From Octopus sinensis (taxonomy: Eukaryota): a stretch of 64,000 nt of DNA. The notes under the pieces are model-generated. The model searched no databases and had not been told where the DNA came from. It was given only the letters and a program-made list of their open reading frames with translations. The DNA is taken from positions 172,174,001 to 172,238,000 of the forward strand of contig NC_042997.1 of the NCBI RefSeq assembly GCF_006345805.1, in the 5' to 3' direction. This document shows positions 1 to 12,219 of this stretch, piece by piece; the first letter of the stretch is position 1; every line of letters begins with the position of its first letter. Position numbers and translations under genes: made by a program.

Positions 1-360
1 TATATATATAAACATATATATATATATATTTACGTATAATATATATATATATATACACACACACATATATATATATATAGATAGATATTTACATATATAC
101 ATATGCATGTGTGTGTGTGCATGTGTATGTGTGTGTATGCGTTTATATCTATTTCTATTATTAGTAGATGTGCGTGTAGATATACGCGTACATATATATA
201 TATGCACACACACATATATATACATATCTACATATATATGTGTGTGTAGGTATGTATGTATGTATGTATGTATGTGTGTGTGTATATATATACATATATA
301 TACATATACATCATATACATATATATATATATACATATACACATACATATTTATATATGC

Positions 361-454
<94 letters not shown>

Positions 455-495
455 CACATATATATGTATGTATCTATGTATCTATGTATGTATAG
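1..495. repeat. Compound (TA)n/(TG)n/(TATG)n microsatellite
   Basis: Direct dinucleotide and tetranucleotide runs; explains the YI/CV-rich ORFs at 30-536. Confidence 0.95.
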
Positions 496-637
496 AAGGT
501 CTTTCAGATAAATTGAGAAAATTTTGCAATACATAAAACTGGTTATAAATACTAAAATAATGGTAGTAGACAGATATAATTTTAATGTAACATTTAACAC
601 AGCAAAAACATTTATCACTCAATATGGCCATCCTTTT

Positions 638-852
638 AAGGCAGCGAGCTTGTAGAAACGTTAGCATGCCGGGCAAAATGCTTAATGGCATTTCATCTGT
701 CTTTACATTCTGGGTTCAAATTCTGTCAAGGTCAACTTTGTCTTTCATCCTTTCGGATCGATAAATTGAGTACCAGTTGCATACTAGAATCGATCTAATC
801 AACTAGCCCTCTCTCCAAAAATGTCAGGTCTTGTGCCTAGAGTAGAAAAGAA
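638..852 (+). mobile_element. tRNA-headed SINE, family 1 (central GCCTTTCATCCTTTCGGGGTCGATAAA..AGTACC block resembling the Meta/MESC domain)
   Basis: Head AAGGCGGCGAGCTGGCAGAA, B-box-like GAGTTCAAATTCC. Further copies at about 4580-4930, 5705-5900, 6075-6745, 13645-13840, 21030-22080, 25660-25880, 37315-37530 (+) and 27900-28075, 34845-35055, 60250-60380, 61850-62070 (-). Domain name is recalled, not searched. Confidence 0.85.
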
Positions 853-894
853 TATGGCCACCCTTTTGGGCAATTACTACCACCATATGAGAAC

Positions 895-2005
895 AAAATT
901 TTCTTGCAGCTACCGCAGCCTCTGTCATTTTCATTTACACATAATGGAGGTCTTCAAACTGTTAACACTCGAGTGTAGTGAAGCATTGGTCTTTGCTTGA
1001 AGTATGCCCAATAAAAAGTAATCAAGAAGGTTGAGATTGGGACTATTATTAGGCCAGGTGTTGGCCCTCATAAAAAATGGCACCTTCTCACCAAGGAAGG
1101 CCTGTGTTGCTTTTGACTCATGGCATGCTACAGAATCCTGGGTAAGGACCACATTGTTAAGCCAACTTTTGTTCCATCCAAGCTAACAGAAAGTTATTTA
1201 GGATGTCCAGATACTCCTTTGTGCCAATCTTCTCGCCAGATTCAATGAAGTGTGAATCCATGACACTTCCATCACTCACCACAGCTTCAAATACCATCAC
1301 AGGGGCAGGATTCTTAGTCTCAAACACGGGGAGAACGTCAGAAGAGTTGTATACAGTCTCTTGAGAATTGCTGGGATTCAGCTCAGCATTCACAGCAAAC
1401 TTCTTCTCATCCATGAACACAAGAGTTTTTCCTGCACCTAGATGCTTGATGAATGACAGAAGCTTTGGACACCTCTTGGCTCTGATAGCTTTGGCCTTGG
1501 CTGTTAAGAGGTGATGGCATTGTCGAACATAGTTAGTCATGCCAAGATTCCTGTTCACAGCTCTGGATACCATGGAAAGGGACACTTTGCATTTCTTTGC
1601 AAGAGTTGTCATGGATGTGGATGGGTTAGCTTCAATCAAGTGTTTGAGGCCAGCAAGAAACTTTGAATTTTGCTTGGAATCACTTCAAGCCATGTATTTT
1701 TTTCTATCAATCTTTGGGCATCTCTTGGCTCTGATAGCTTTGGCTAAATAATTTCTTTAAATTATTTACTGTTGCTTTTGGCAGTTCCATCAACTTAGCA
1801 ATTTTATTGGCAGTGTGTCCGGCATGTACCAAAACAACAATTCTGCTGTTCCATGACTTTCCGTTGTTAAATCAGTTTTCTAGTTACCTGAAAAATAAAG
1901 AGGGGCATTAGATTTTCAAGCAAGCAAGGTTTTCTCAAAAACTGAAATGTTAAACCCTCAAAGACAACTGCTTAAACTTAGTCTCAATTAATCTGCAAGA
2001 ACCTG
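895..2005 (-). mobile_element. Degenerate DD37D (maT-like) Tc1/mariner transposon
   Basis: ORFs 1157-1639 (HTH, LVFMDEKKF) and 931-1152 (QDSVACH...WPNNSPNLNLLDY) with 37 residues between the second and third Asp; one terminus CAGGTTCTTGCAG next to TA at 2006-2007; other TIR missing. Confidence 0.85.
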
Positions 2006-2014
2006 TATACATAT

Positions 2015-2660
2015 CATCATTATCATTTAAGGTCTGCTTTCCATGCTGGCATGTGTTGGTTGGTTTGACTAAGGACTGGCATTCCAGGGGACTGCACCAA
2101 ACTCCAATCTGATCTGGCAAGGTTTCTACGGCTGGATGTCCTTCCTAATTTCAACCACTCCGAGACTGTAGTAGGTGCTTTTACATGTCACTGGCACAGG
2201 AGCCAGTCATGCAGCACTGGCATGCTCAAATGGTGCTTTTTATGTGCTGCTGGCATGGGTATTAGTCAGGTGGCACTGGTATTGGTCACACTCGAATGCT
2301 GCATTTTATGTGCCTCCAGCACAGATGCCAGTTTGGCAGCAATGGCACTGGCCATGCTTAAATGGTGCATTTTACATGCTACCAGCATGGGTGCCAGTCA
2401 GGCAGCATTGTCATCAGCCATGACTATGATTTCATTTGGCTCAGCAGGGCTTCACCAGCACTACAATCTAACTTGGCTAGCCAGGTCTTCTTAAGCATGG
2501 CATAACTCCAAAGGTCTCTGTCACTTGTCATTGCTCTATGAGGCCCAATGTTCATCCCATGTCTTCCTGGGTCTACCTCTTTCACAAGTGCCCTCCACTG
2601 TTAGGGTGTTACACTTCTTCACACAGCTGTCCTCATCCATATACATTACATGATTATACC
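2015..2660 (-). mobile_element. RTE-clade LINE 3' end with family-4 3' module and (GAT)n tail
   Basis: Minus strand 2560-2655 encodes DEDSCVKKCNTLTVEGTCERGRPRKTW; followed by GCACC-type internal repeats and the GGAAAGC(A/G)GAC..AAA(T/C)GATGATG tail. Confidence 0.75.
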
Positions 2661-2884
2661 AGCACAGTCATCTCTCTAACTATAAAAATATAGAAATGCA
2701 AAAAATATTATAGAAACGCAAAAAATTCAAATATGAACATGGAAAACATTCGGGTCGATGTGTTCAACTAAAGGCAGTGCTCCAGCATGACCACAATCAA
2801 ATGAGTGAAACAAGTAAAAGAATATACGAATAAATGAATATATATACGTATGTGTGCAGGGTGAGAGAAAGATATATATATATT

Positions 2885-3110
2885 TGAGTGTGGCTGTTGC
2901 CTGTACCGCCTGACTTGTCCTCATGCCAGTGGCACGTAAAAGCACCCACTATACTCTCGGAGTGTTTGGCATTAGGAAGGGCATCCAGCTGTAGAAACTC
3001 TCCCAGATCAGATTGGAGCCTGGTGCAGCCATCTGGTTTGACAGTCCTCAGTCAAATCATCCAACCCATGCTAGCATGGAAAGCGGACGTTAAACAATGA
3101 TGATGATGAG
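2885..3110 (+). mobile_element. SINE/LINE-tail family 4 (GGCACGTAAAAGCACC...AGGAAGGGCATCCAGCTGTAGAAAC...GCATGGAAAGCGGACGTTAAAC(GAT)n)
   Basis: Further copies at about 9480-9870, 39715-39945, 51860-52140, 53750-53945 (+) and 5020-5200, 13845-14005, 18380-18740, 24670-24780, 25890-26105, 34300-34640, 38325-38600, 41830-42370, 43025-43490, 51010-51260 (-); the 9480 copy still carries the RTE ORF end. Confidence 0.85.
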
Positions 3111-3349
3111 ACAGACAGATCCAAATGACAGATTGTTACAATTTTACAAATAACTTTCCAACAAAAGCTGCTAAGTGTTCCCTACATCTTTTTGAGCTGA
3201 TGCATATAAAATTTAATGACCAGCAAGAGAAAATTTTCTTAATTAGTATTTCTTAACTGTAATCATCACCTCATTATTGCAATATGTGTGGTTACTATTT
3301 TAACGATTGCTTGGAAATTTGTTTGACATATGTTCTTGCTGCTTCTTAG

Positions 3350-3445
3350 AACATGTCAAAGAAACACACTGATGTGTGCTTACTTAACATCTTAGATCAG
3401 ATACAGGAGAAACTGTATGCAATGAAGAATGAATATAAAATATAA
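3350..3445 (+). CDS. Candidate terminal coding exon (NMSKKHTDVCLLNILDQIQEKLYAMKNEYKI*), product unknown
   Basis: Acceptor TTCTTGCTGCTTCTTAG, 31 open codons of non-repetitive protein-like composition ending in TAA; no homology recognised. Confidence 0.35.
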   Translation, partial: NMSKKHTDVCLLNILDQIQEKLYAMKNEYKI

Positions 3446-3629
3446 CCAAGGCTTTTATAATTGATTCATCAATAGCTCTATATTCATAGTAATATTATAA
3501 CATTATATAAAGTCAGTGAGCAGGCAGAATTGGAACAAAATGTTTAGTGGTATTTCATTCAAATTCACAATCTGAATTGAGATCCTGCCCAAACTGACTT
3601 TGCATTTTTAACCTTTTGGGGTTAAAAAA

Positions 3630-3880
3630 AAAAGTTCCTTCTTGAGCCATGCCAGGCTCATAAGTGCTGGTTTCCTGGTTTCAGAAGCGTAGAAATTCCC
3701 CACCTGGACGGAACGTCTGTCCATCGCAGGATTACTCATTTTTGCCAACTTAGTGGACTGGAGCAACGTGAAAATGAAGTGTTTTGCTCAAGAACACAAC
3801 GCATCGCCTGATCCAGGAATCGAAACCACAACCTTACAATCATGAGTTCAACACCCTAACCACTAAGCCATGCGCCTCCA
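3630..3880 (-). mobile_element. SINE family 3 (head GGCGC(A/G)TGGCTTAGTGGTTAGGG) with tail B, inserted into a family-1 SINE
   Basis: Body TGTGTTCTTGAGCAAAACAC...TTGCTCCAGTCCACT; flanked by duplicated CCTTT(T/C)GGGGTT at about 3612 and 4459. Confidence 0.75.
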
Positions 3881-4458
3881 CTCAACACCCTAACCACTAA
3901 GCCACGTACCTCCACTCAACAACCTAACCACTAAGCCATGCGCCTCCACTAAACACCCTAACCACTAAGCCATGTGCACCCACTAACACCCTAACCACTA
4001 AGCCATACACCTCCACTCAACACCCTAACCACTAAGCCACGTACCTCCACTCAACAACCTAACTACTAAGCCATGCGCCTCCACTAAACACCCTAACCAC
4101 TAAGCCATGTGCATCCACTCAACACCCTAACCACTAAGCCATACACCTCCACTCAACACCCTAGGCACTAAGCCATGCGCCTCCACCCAACACCTTAACC
4201 ACTAAGCCATGCGCCTCCACTCAACACCCTAACCACTAAGCCATGCGCCTCCATTCAACACCCTAACCACTAAGCCATGCGCCTCCACCCAACACCTTAA
4301 CCACTAAGCCATGCGCCTCCACCCAACACCTTAACCACTAAGCTATGCACCTCCACTCAACACCCTAACCACTAAGCCATGCGCCTCCACTCAACACCCT
4401 AACCACTAAGCCATGCGCCTCCACTCAACACCCTAACCACTAAGCCATGCACCTCCAC
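3849..4458 (-). repeat. 34-bp minisatellite, 18 units, derived from the SINE-3 tRNA head
   Basis: Unit CTCAACACCCTAACCACTAAGCCATGCGCCTCCA; 18 CTAAGC cores counted. Confidence 0.95.
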
Positions 4459-5306
4459 CCTTTCGGGGTTGATAAAATAAGAATCACTTGAACACTGAAA
4501 TCAATGTAGTCGACTTGCCCCTCCCTGTAAATTACTGGCCTTGTGGCAAAATTTGAAACCAATATTTTAACATTATATAGGTAGTGAGCGGAGAGAATTG
4601 TTAGCACTTTAGGCAAAATGCTTAACAACATTTCATCTGTCTTTATGATCTGAATTCAGATTCTGTTGCGGTTGACTTTATTTTTCATCCCTTCGATGTC
4701 GGTAAAATAAGTACCAGCTCCTCCCCATAAATTGCTGGCGGCAAGTTGTTAGAATTGTTAGCACACTGGACAAAGTACTTAATGACAAAATACTTCTGGC
4801 TCTTTACATCCTGAATTCAAATTCCACCAAGGTTGACTTGGCCTTTTTGTCTTTTCAAGTACCAGTTAAGCCCAAGGATGGCTGTAATCAACTAACCCTG
4901 TCTCCTAAAATTTCAGTGATAGAAAGAAAGAATATGACATTATATTTTACTGCAATTATAGGATTGCCATGTAAAATAGAGGACCTCAACATTTTCTGTG
5001 AGCTCACCCATTCATCATAATCATCATCATTTAATATCCCTTTTCCATGCTGGGATGGATTGAATAATTTGACAGTAACTCACATGCTGGAAGACTGCAC
5101 TGAGCTCCAACATCTGCTTTGGTATGGCTTCTACAGCTGGTTGCCCTTCTTAATACCAGAGTGTACTGGGTACATTCTTTGTCATAACTAGCACTGTAAG
5201 TACTCCCTTATGAAGAATATATTATAAAACGTTTGGATACCATGAAAGAAATAATAGTGGATATCACTTTATGCGTACAATAAAACAATGTATAATTTGT
5301 TGGACA

Positions 5307-5705
5307 GTGGCTGCATGGTAAGTAGCTTGCTTACCAACCACATAGTTCCAGGTTCAGTCCCACTGCGTGGCACCTAAGGTAAGTGTCTTTTATTATAGCC
5401 TCGGGCCGACCAAAGCCTCGTGAGTGGATTTGGTAGGCGGTAACTGAAAGAAGCCCGTCGTATATATGTATATATATGTATGTGTGTGTATATGTTGTGT
5501 ATCTGTGTTTGCCCCACAACATCGCTTGACAACCGATGCTAGTGGGTTTACATCCCCGTAACTTAGCAGTTCGGCAAAAGAGACTGATAGAATAAGTACT
5601 AGGCTTACAAAGAATAAGTCCTGGGGTCAATTTGATATGACTAAAAGGCGTTGCTCCAGCATGGCCACAGTCGAGTGACTGAAAAAAGTAAAAGAGTAAA
5701 GAGTG
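5307..5705 (+). mobile_element. SINE family 2 (head GTGGCTGTGTGGTAAG(T/A)AGCTTGC, internal microsatellite, (GTAAAAGA)n tail)
   Basis: Further copies at about 15400-15590, 22700-23190, 24790-25000, 25230-25635, 35850-36240, 44335-44660 (+) and 7345-7740, 14175-14330, 27030-27468, 27480-27875, 37800-38280, 61670-62105 (-). Confidence 0.9.
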
Positions 5706-8284
5706 GAGTGACAGAATTTTTAGAGCATCAGATTAAATGATATGCCGTATTTCTTCTAGCCCTTTACATTCTGAGTTCAAATCCTGCTGAGGTCAACTTT
5801 GCTTCTCATCCTTCCAGTGTCAATAATATAAAGTATTAGACAAGTACTGAAGTCAATGGTATCGATTAACCCCAACATCTCAAAATTTTTAGCCTTGTTT
5901 TTAAATTGGAAACAGCTAATTATTGTTGCAAGGATGTATAGTCACCAATATCATGGTGGTTGCTTGTTGGTGTGTGTTGTACTGTTGAGGGCCTTTGTCA
6001 TGGAGTCTAACTGGCCGCATGCTTAACAAAGGAAGCCAACTCACAAACTTTTAACTTTTGATATATTTGTTGCTTGAAGGCGGTGAGCTGGCAGAAAAGT
6101 TAGCACGCCAGGCAAAATGCTTAGCGGTATTTTGTCAGTTTTTATGTTCCGAGTTCAAATTCTGCCAAAGTCAACTTTGCCTTTCATCCTTTCGGTGTTG
6201 ATTAAATAAGTCCCGGTTATGCAGTGGGGTCATTATAATCGACTTAATCTGTTTGTCTGTCCTTGTTTGCCCCCTCTGTATGTAGCCCCTTGTGGATAGT
6301 AAAGAAATAGAAATAGGTATTTTGTCTGTCTTTATGTTCTGTGTTCAAATTCCGCCAAGGTCAACTTTGCCTTTCATCCTTTCGGGGTCGATAAATTAAG
6401 TACCAGTTGTGTACTGCAGTCAATCTAATCGACCAGCCCCCTCTCCCAAAATTTTGGGCCTTGTGCCTTGAGTAGAAAAGAATATTCCACACACTCAAAG
6501 GTGGCGAACTGGCAGAGACGTTAGCACGCCGGGCAAAATGCTTAGCAGTATTTCGTCTGTCTTTATGTTCTGATTTCAAATTCCGCCAAGGTCGACTTTG
6601 CCTTTCATCCTTTTGGGGGTCAATATATTAAGTACCAGATATGCACTGGGGTCGATGTAATCGACTTAATCCGTTTGTCTGTCAATCTAATCGACTGGCC
6701 CCCTCCCCAAAGATTTTGGGCCTTGTGCCTAGAATAGAAAAGAATATATTTGTTATTAGAAATGATTTACTGTGTTGGTTCTTTACAAGAGAAAGTGGCT
6801 GGTAATATAACTGCTGACTGAGAGGGGGAGAACCACACTGAAGGCTAGCTGTGGTACATCATGTGTGAGTGTTGGAAGCTGTTTCTTGCTCAAGGTGGTC
6901 TGTCTGACTGTCTGAGTGTCCGAGGTGGTCTGTCTGAGTGTCTGAGGTGATCTGTCTGAGTGTTCAAGGTGGTCTGGTCTTGACAATCTGCTTTCCTTGA
7001 CTGCCCATGGTGGTCTACATGAATGCCTGAGGCCTTCTGGTCTTAGTGGTCTGCCAAGGCCATCTACCTTATTCGTTTCCCCAAGGCCATCTAGCTGAGT
7101 TAGGCACAAAATGGTTTTTATAGGGTGATAAGGAGGCAAACTTTAAATCATGAAGCCATGTCACACCACAGCTTCACGCTGGCTGGTCAATTTGTAGATC
7201 AATCACGTGAAAAAGTGGTGGCTCATTTGAAGTGCCTAACCAAGTATTTACCATTTAGGGTTTGAATCCCTATATTATATTTGGACATCAAGATTTCCAA
7301 ATGACATATTTGATGAAGAATTTATTATAAATACTCTTTACTCTTTTACTTGTTTCAGTCATGTGACTGTGGCCATGCTGGAGCACCACCTTTAGTCGAG
7401 CAAATCGACCCCAGGACTTATTCTTTATAAGCCTAGTACTTATTCTATCGGTCTCTTTTGCCAAACCGCAAAGTTACGGGGACATAAACACACCAGCATC
7501 AGTTGTCAAGCGATGTTGGGGAGACAAACACAGACACACAAACATATACACACACATACACACATACATATATATATACATATATACGACAGGCTTCTTT
7601 CAGTTTCCGTCTACTAAATCCACTCACAAGGCTTTGGTCGGCTCAAGGCTATAGTAGCAGACACTTGCCCAAGGTTCCACGCAGTGGGACTGAACCCAGA
7701 ACCATGTGGTTGGTAAGCAAGCTACTTACCACAAAGCCACCCCTACGCCACTCCTACTGTTTACAAAATGTGAAGATACACCATTGGAAAGTAATTGGTT
7801 GTGAATACTCCAGAATTCCTGCGCTTTTACAAATCTCACATAGCCCCATAATTACTCTTGCACACCCTGAGTGAAAACCCTTCTGGCAAAACTATTCCAA
7901 TTCATACGAAGAGTTGCAATCAAGTAGAAAATATCTCCAAGCACCAAATACTCTTTTAATAATCTGCTTATTGCTTTGCTCATTATGTCTATGTGAATAG
8001 AAAGAGAGAGGGATGAGATTGTCTTTGATTTCTTTTGTGTGATTTTTTACCTGCTTTTGTGGTTGTTTTTGTGTGTTGTGTGATTGGTTATCTTTTTTAG
8101 CAACAGTTTTTCATTTGATATGTCCAACAGGTGAAACAGTTCAGAATGTGGAATGGTTTTATTTTGTGCACCAATGCAGAATTTTCGCCACCCACTCACT
8201 CGCTCATCCATGTGTTGATGTATTTTGTTCTGTGTTAGTTGCTCACAACATTTAATCTATGGACATATAATGGATACAGAGAAC

Positions 8285-8352
8285 GTTTGTGTGTGTGTGT
8301 GTGTGTGCATGTGTGTGTGTGTGTGAGTATGTGTGTGAGTGTGTGTGTGTGT

Positions 8353-8390
<38 letters not shown>

Positions 8391-8632
8391 AGTGTGTGTG
8401 AGTGTGTGTGTGTGAGTGTGTATGTGTGTGTGTGCATGCGCATGTGTGTGAGTGTGTGTGTATTTGTATGTGTGCGTGCATGTGTGTGTGAGTATGTGTG
8501 TGAGTGTGTGTGTGTGTGTGAGTGTGTCTGTGTGTGAGTGTGTGTACAAGTGTGTGTGTGTATGAGTGAGTCTCTGTGTGTGAATGTGTGTGTATGTGTG
8601 TGTAAGTGTGTGTAAGTCTGTGTGTGTATGAA
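8285..8632. repeat. Degenerate (TG)n microsatellite
   Basis: Direct observation; source of the HT/CV ORFs. Confidence 0.95.
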
Positions 8633-8904
8633 GAGAGAGAGAGGGAGAGTAGGGGAGGATGGGTGGATAATGTTAAGAGTTTTGTACAACTGGCCAATAC
8701 AATGTTTTTAGTTCAAAACCTTTTACAGAGATAGTGCTAGTATTTGGTTGTCAACAGATACCAGAACACCATTCCTGTTTCATGTTTGAGTGGTTATTGA
8801 TAGCAAAAATAGAAGAAGAAAAGGAACCCAGCTTCGTTGTAAAATTGAATTCTTTCAATAAGCAATATGTAAATGTCCATGTTTTATCATTTTAGCCAAA
8901 TTAA

Positions 8905-9185
8905 CACCTCACCACCTCACCACCACCATCACCACCACCAGCACCAGCACCACTACCGCCACCACCACCATCATCATCACCACCACCACCACCATCACCA
9001 CCACCACCACTACCAACACTACCACCACCACCACCACCACCACCACCACCACTACCAACACTACCACCACCACCACCACCACAACCACCACCACCACAAC
9101 CACAACCACCACAACACCACCACCACCACCACAACCAACACTACAACCACCACCACTACCCCGACCACCACCACCACCACCACTA
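8905..9185. repeat. (CAC)n trinucleotide tract
   Basis: Direct observation; a similar (GGT)n tract lies at 11340-11490. Confidence 0.95.
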
Positions 9186-9889
9186 TTTTGAAAATGGTTT
9201 TATCCTCTGTTTCTATAAATTCTCGCAACAAAAATATTTAAAACCCAATGAAAGAGAGCCTCTACATGGTCCTAGAAAAAGCAACCAAATCTCTCTCAAA
9301 TCACACTTAAGGAATTTAAAGAAAATGGAAGGCTACATGGGTTGGTTTTCGTCTGAGATGAAGGATATTTGAAAAGAGATTGGATGATCATAACTGGAAT
9401 GGTTTTACTCACAAATCTAGCTTAATTAAGACTGACCTAAGGCTTATAACAACAACAACAACGTTGTCTTTGTAGTGGCTGATACTGGTGTTGTGTAACT
9501 AGCACTCATGCCAGTAGCACATAAAAAGCACCTTTCGAGTGCTGGGCCTCACGGAGGAAATCACAAATGACCAAGACCTTTGGCAATATGCTGTGCTTGA
9601 GAAGGTCCATCGAGCCAAGTGAAATCTTCATCATGGCAGATACTGGCGCCATGCAAACTGGCACCCATGCCAGTGGCACATAAAAGCACTCATTACACTC
9701 TCAGAGTGGCTGGCATTAAGAAGGGCATCCAGCTGTTGAAACTATGCCAAATCAGACCAGAGCCAGGTGCAGCCCTTCAGCTTACCAGCCCTGGTCAAAC
9801 AGTCCAACTCATACCAGCATGGACAACAGACATTAAATGGTGGTGGTAGTGATGGTCGTGGTGGTGGTGACGATGACGATGATGATGAT

Positions 9890-10413
9890 GAGGAGGAGGA
9901 GGAGGAAGAAGAAGAAGAAGAAGAGGAGGAAGAAGAAGTGGAGGAGGGAGAAGAGGAGGAGGAAGAAGAAGTGGAGGAGAAAGAAGAGGAGGAAGAAGAA
10001 GAAGTGGAGGAGGAAGAAGAGGAGGAAGAAGAAGAAGTGGAGGAGAAAGAAGAGGAGGAAGAAGAAGAAGAGGAAGAAGAAGTGGAGGAGGAAGAAGTGG
10101 AGGAAGAAGAAGTGGAGGAGGAAGAAGTGGAGGAAGAAGAAGTGGAGGAGGAAGAAGTGGAGGAAGAAGAAGTGGAGGAGGAAGAAGAGGAGGAAGAAGA
10201 AGTGGAGGAGGAAGAAGTGGAGGAAGAAGAAGTGGAGGAGGAAGAAGTGGAGGAAGAAGAAGTGGAGGAAGAAGAAGTGGAGGAGGAAGAAGAGGAGGAA
10301 GAAGAGGAAGAAGAGGAGGAAGAAGAAGAGGAGGAAGAAGAAGAGGAGGAAGAAGAAGAAGAAGAAGAGAAGAAGAAGAAGAAGAAGAAGAAGAAGAAGA
10401 GGAGGAGGAGGAG
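9890..10413. repeat. 524-bp polypurine (GAA/GAG) tract with 15-bp GAAGTGGAGGA(G/A)GAA units
   Basis: Direct observation; grows out of the (GAT)n tail of the family-4 element ending near 9890. Confidence 0.95.
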
Positions 10414-10489
10414 TAAAACTATACTGCTACGTTTTGTTTGTTTTTGTGATTGAAAATTATCTGGTACTTACTACATCGGTTACGATGAC

Positions 10490-10775
10490 AAGGGTTCCAG
10501 TTGCTCTGATCAGTGGAACAGCCTGCTCATGAAATTGATACACAGGTGGTTGTGCATTCCTCAGACACACGTACCCTTAATGTAGTTTTCAGGGAGATTC
10601 AGTGAGACACGGAATGTGACAAGGCTGGCTCCTTTGAATAATGGGTACTTCTCATTTTTTGCCAGCCAAATAGACTAGAGCAATTTAAATTAAAGGGTCA
10701 CACTGTGCCATTGGGAATTGAACTCAAGACTTTACAATTGTGAGCCAGATACCCTAACCATTAAGCCACACACCT
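10490..10775 (-). mobile_element. Degenerate SINE family 3 with tail A
   Basis: Similar to the young copy at 22831-23157. Confidence 0.7.
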
Positions 10776-10950
10776 TCACTTAAAATTATCTATAATTTTA
10801 CATAAATACTAGAACATTCAATAGTCCCATGTAGCTTAGACAAAGACTACTGTTGTTCTTACTGCTTGTTCTGAATCAGTTTTGAATCTGGACTCAAAGA
10901 TACTGCTGACAACAATAGATGAACTAAGCCAAAGAGGGGAAACTCTAGGA

Positions 10951-11285
10951 CAGGGCTGGCCAACCTGTGGCTTGTGGGCCGTATGTAGCCTGCAGAGTTT
11001 TATTTTGCAGCCCGCTTGATACTTTCTTGAAATGGGTTTATTTAAATAAATATTTTAAAATTTTTATTAAAAATTAAAGATTGTAATGAAAAGTGAAAAA
11101 GAAGGATACTGCTGTTTTTGTAACGATAATATTTCATGTTGAATCAATGATCATTCACTCATTCATTACTGTAATAATAGCACAAGAAAGCAAAATGCTT
11201 TCAATTCTGTCAATATACAAGCAACCCTCAAAAAATTTTCTGTGATTAAAGTGGCTCGCAATGTAATTCAACTTGGCCAGGCCTG
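10951..11285. mobile_element. hAT-type MITE
   Basis: TIR CAGGGCTGGCCAAC vs CAGGCCTGGCCAAG (12/14); 8-bp TSD CTCTAGGA / CTCAAGGA. Confidence 0.85.
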
Positions 11286-12219
11286 CTCAAGGAGGTCACT
11301 CAATCTGCTAAAAATAGCTGCCAAAACTTCCTGATATCAGTGGTGGTGGTGGTGGTGGTGGTGGTGGTAGTGGTGGTGTGGTGTTGGTGGTTGTGGTGGT
11401 GGTGGTGGTGGCTGCGGCGGCGGTAGTGGTGGTGGCAGTGGCGGCGGTGGTGGCGGCGGTGGTGGTGGTGGTGGTGGTGGTGGTGGTCATCATGATAGTT
11501 GAAGGATTGATGTAGAAATATCAGAAATAAAATAGCCATCTATGTATCATACTTAATGCATATACACTGTTGATAGGCCAGTTACTGTAGATAACATTTG
11601 CTATGGATGAGCTATGTTAAAAACATAATAGATATTAGAGGGAGACTCTAAGAGATCACTCCAGATGTAATCAGCTAGAATGCATTTTAACCTTTTTAGG
11701 CCTTTTCAGTGGCTCATACTCACAATCAACCAGATGTTTGGATGACAATCCATTGCTTCAAATGTAATGAAAAGTAAATAAAACATTCACAAATAGCTGC
11801 CCAGCTGAATAAAAGTCTGGCATATGCAATTGAAGCAGAATTAAATTGAAACAGCCAACTATGAAACATACTAAATGTATATACACCATTAATAGGCCAG
11901 TTACAGCAGTATTCATCCTGAGATAACATCTCTTATGAACATGCAGTGTTGAAAACACAATAAATATTGAAAGGAGATGAAAAACTACCCCATCAGTGGT
12001 TAGCAAGAATACTTGATTCATTTTTTGACATTTTTTAGGTCTTTTCAATGATGTGTACTCAAATCTAGCCAGAAGCCTGGATGAAAATTAAGTACCTCCA
12101 ATAGTGGAAAAAGTTGAAGATGGGTGCATTAAGTGGAAATGAAGGACACCGCTTGTATGACAGTGACATTCATTTACAACCATCATTGCTATGTCAAAGC
12201 ATGGGGACAATAACTTACA

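Noticed and set aside
3849-4458. CRISPR-like or telomeric array
   Set aside because: No unique spacers, eukaryotic context; TTAGGG occurs singly within a SINE-head unit
8130-8255. Plus-strand exon after TCCAACAG
   Set aside because: No convincing donor and no recognisable peptide
8873-9241. Poly-His/Thr ORF (also 11300-11539)
   Set aside because: (CAC)n microsatellite
9767-10532. 228-aa poly-Glu and 231-aa poly-Lys/Arg ORFs
   Set aside because: Begin inside a SINE and consist of the purine repeat; no splice or domain support
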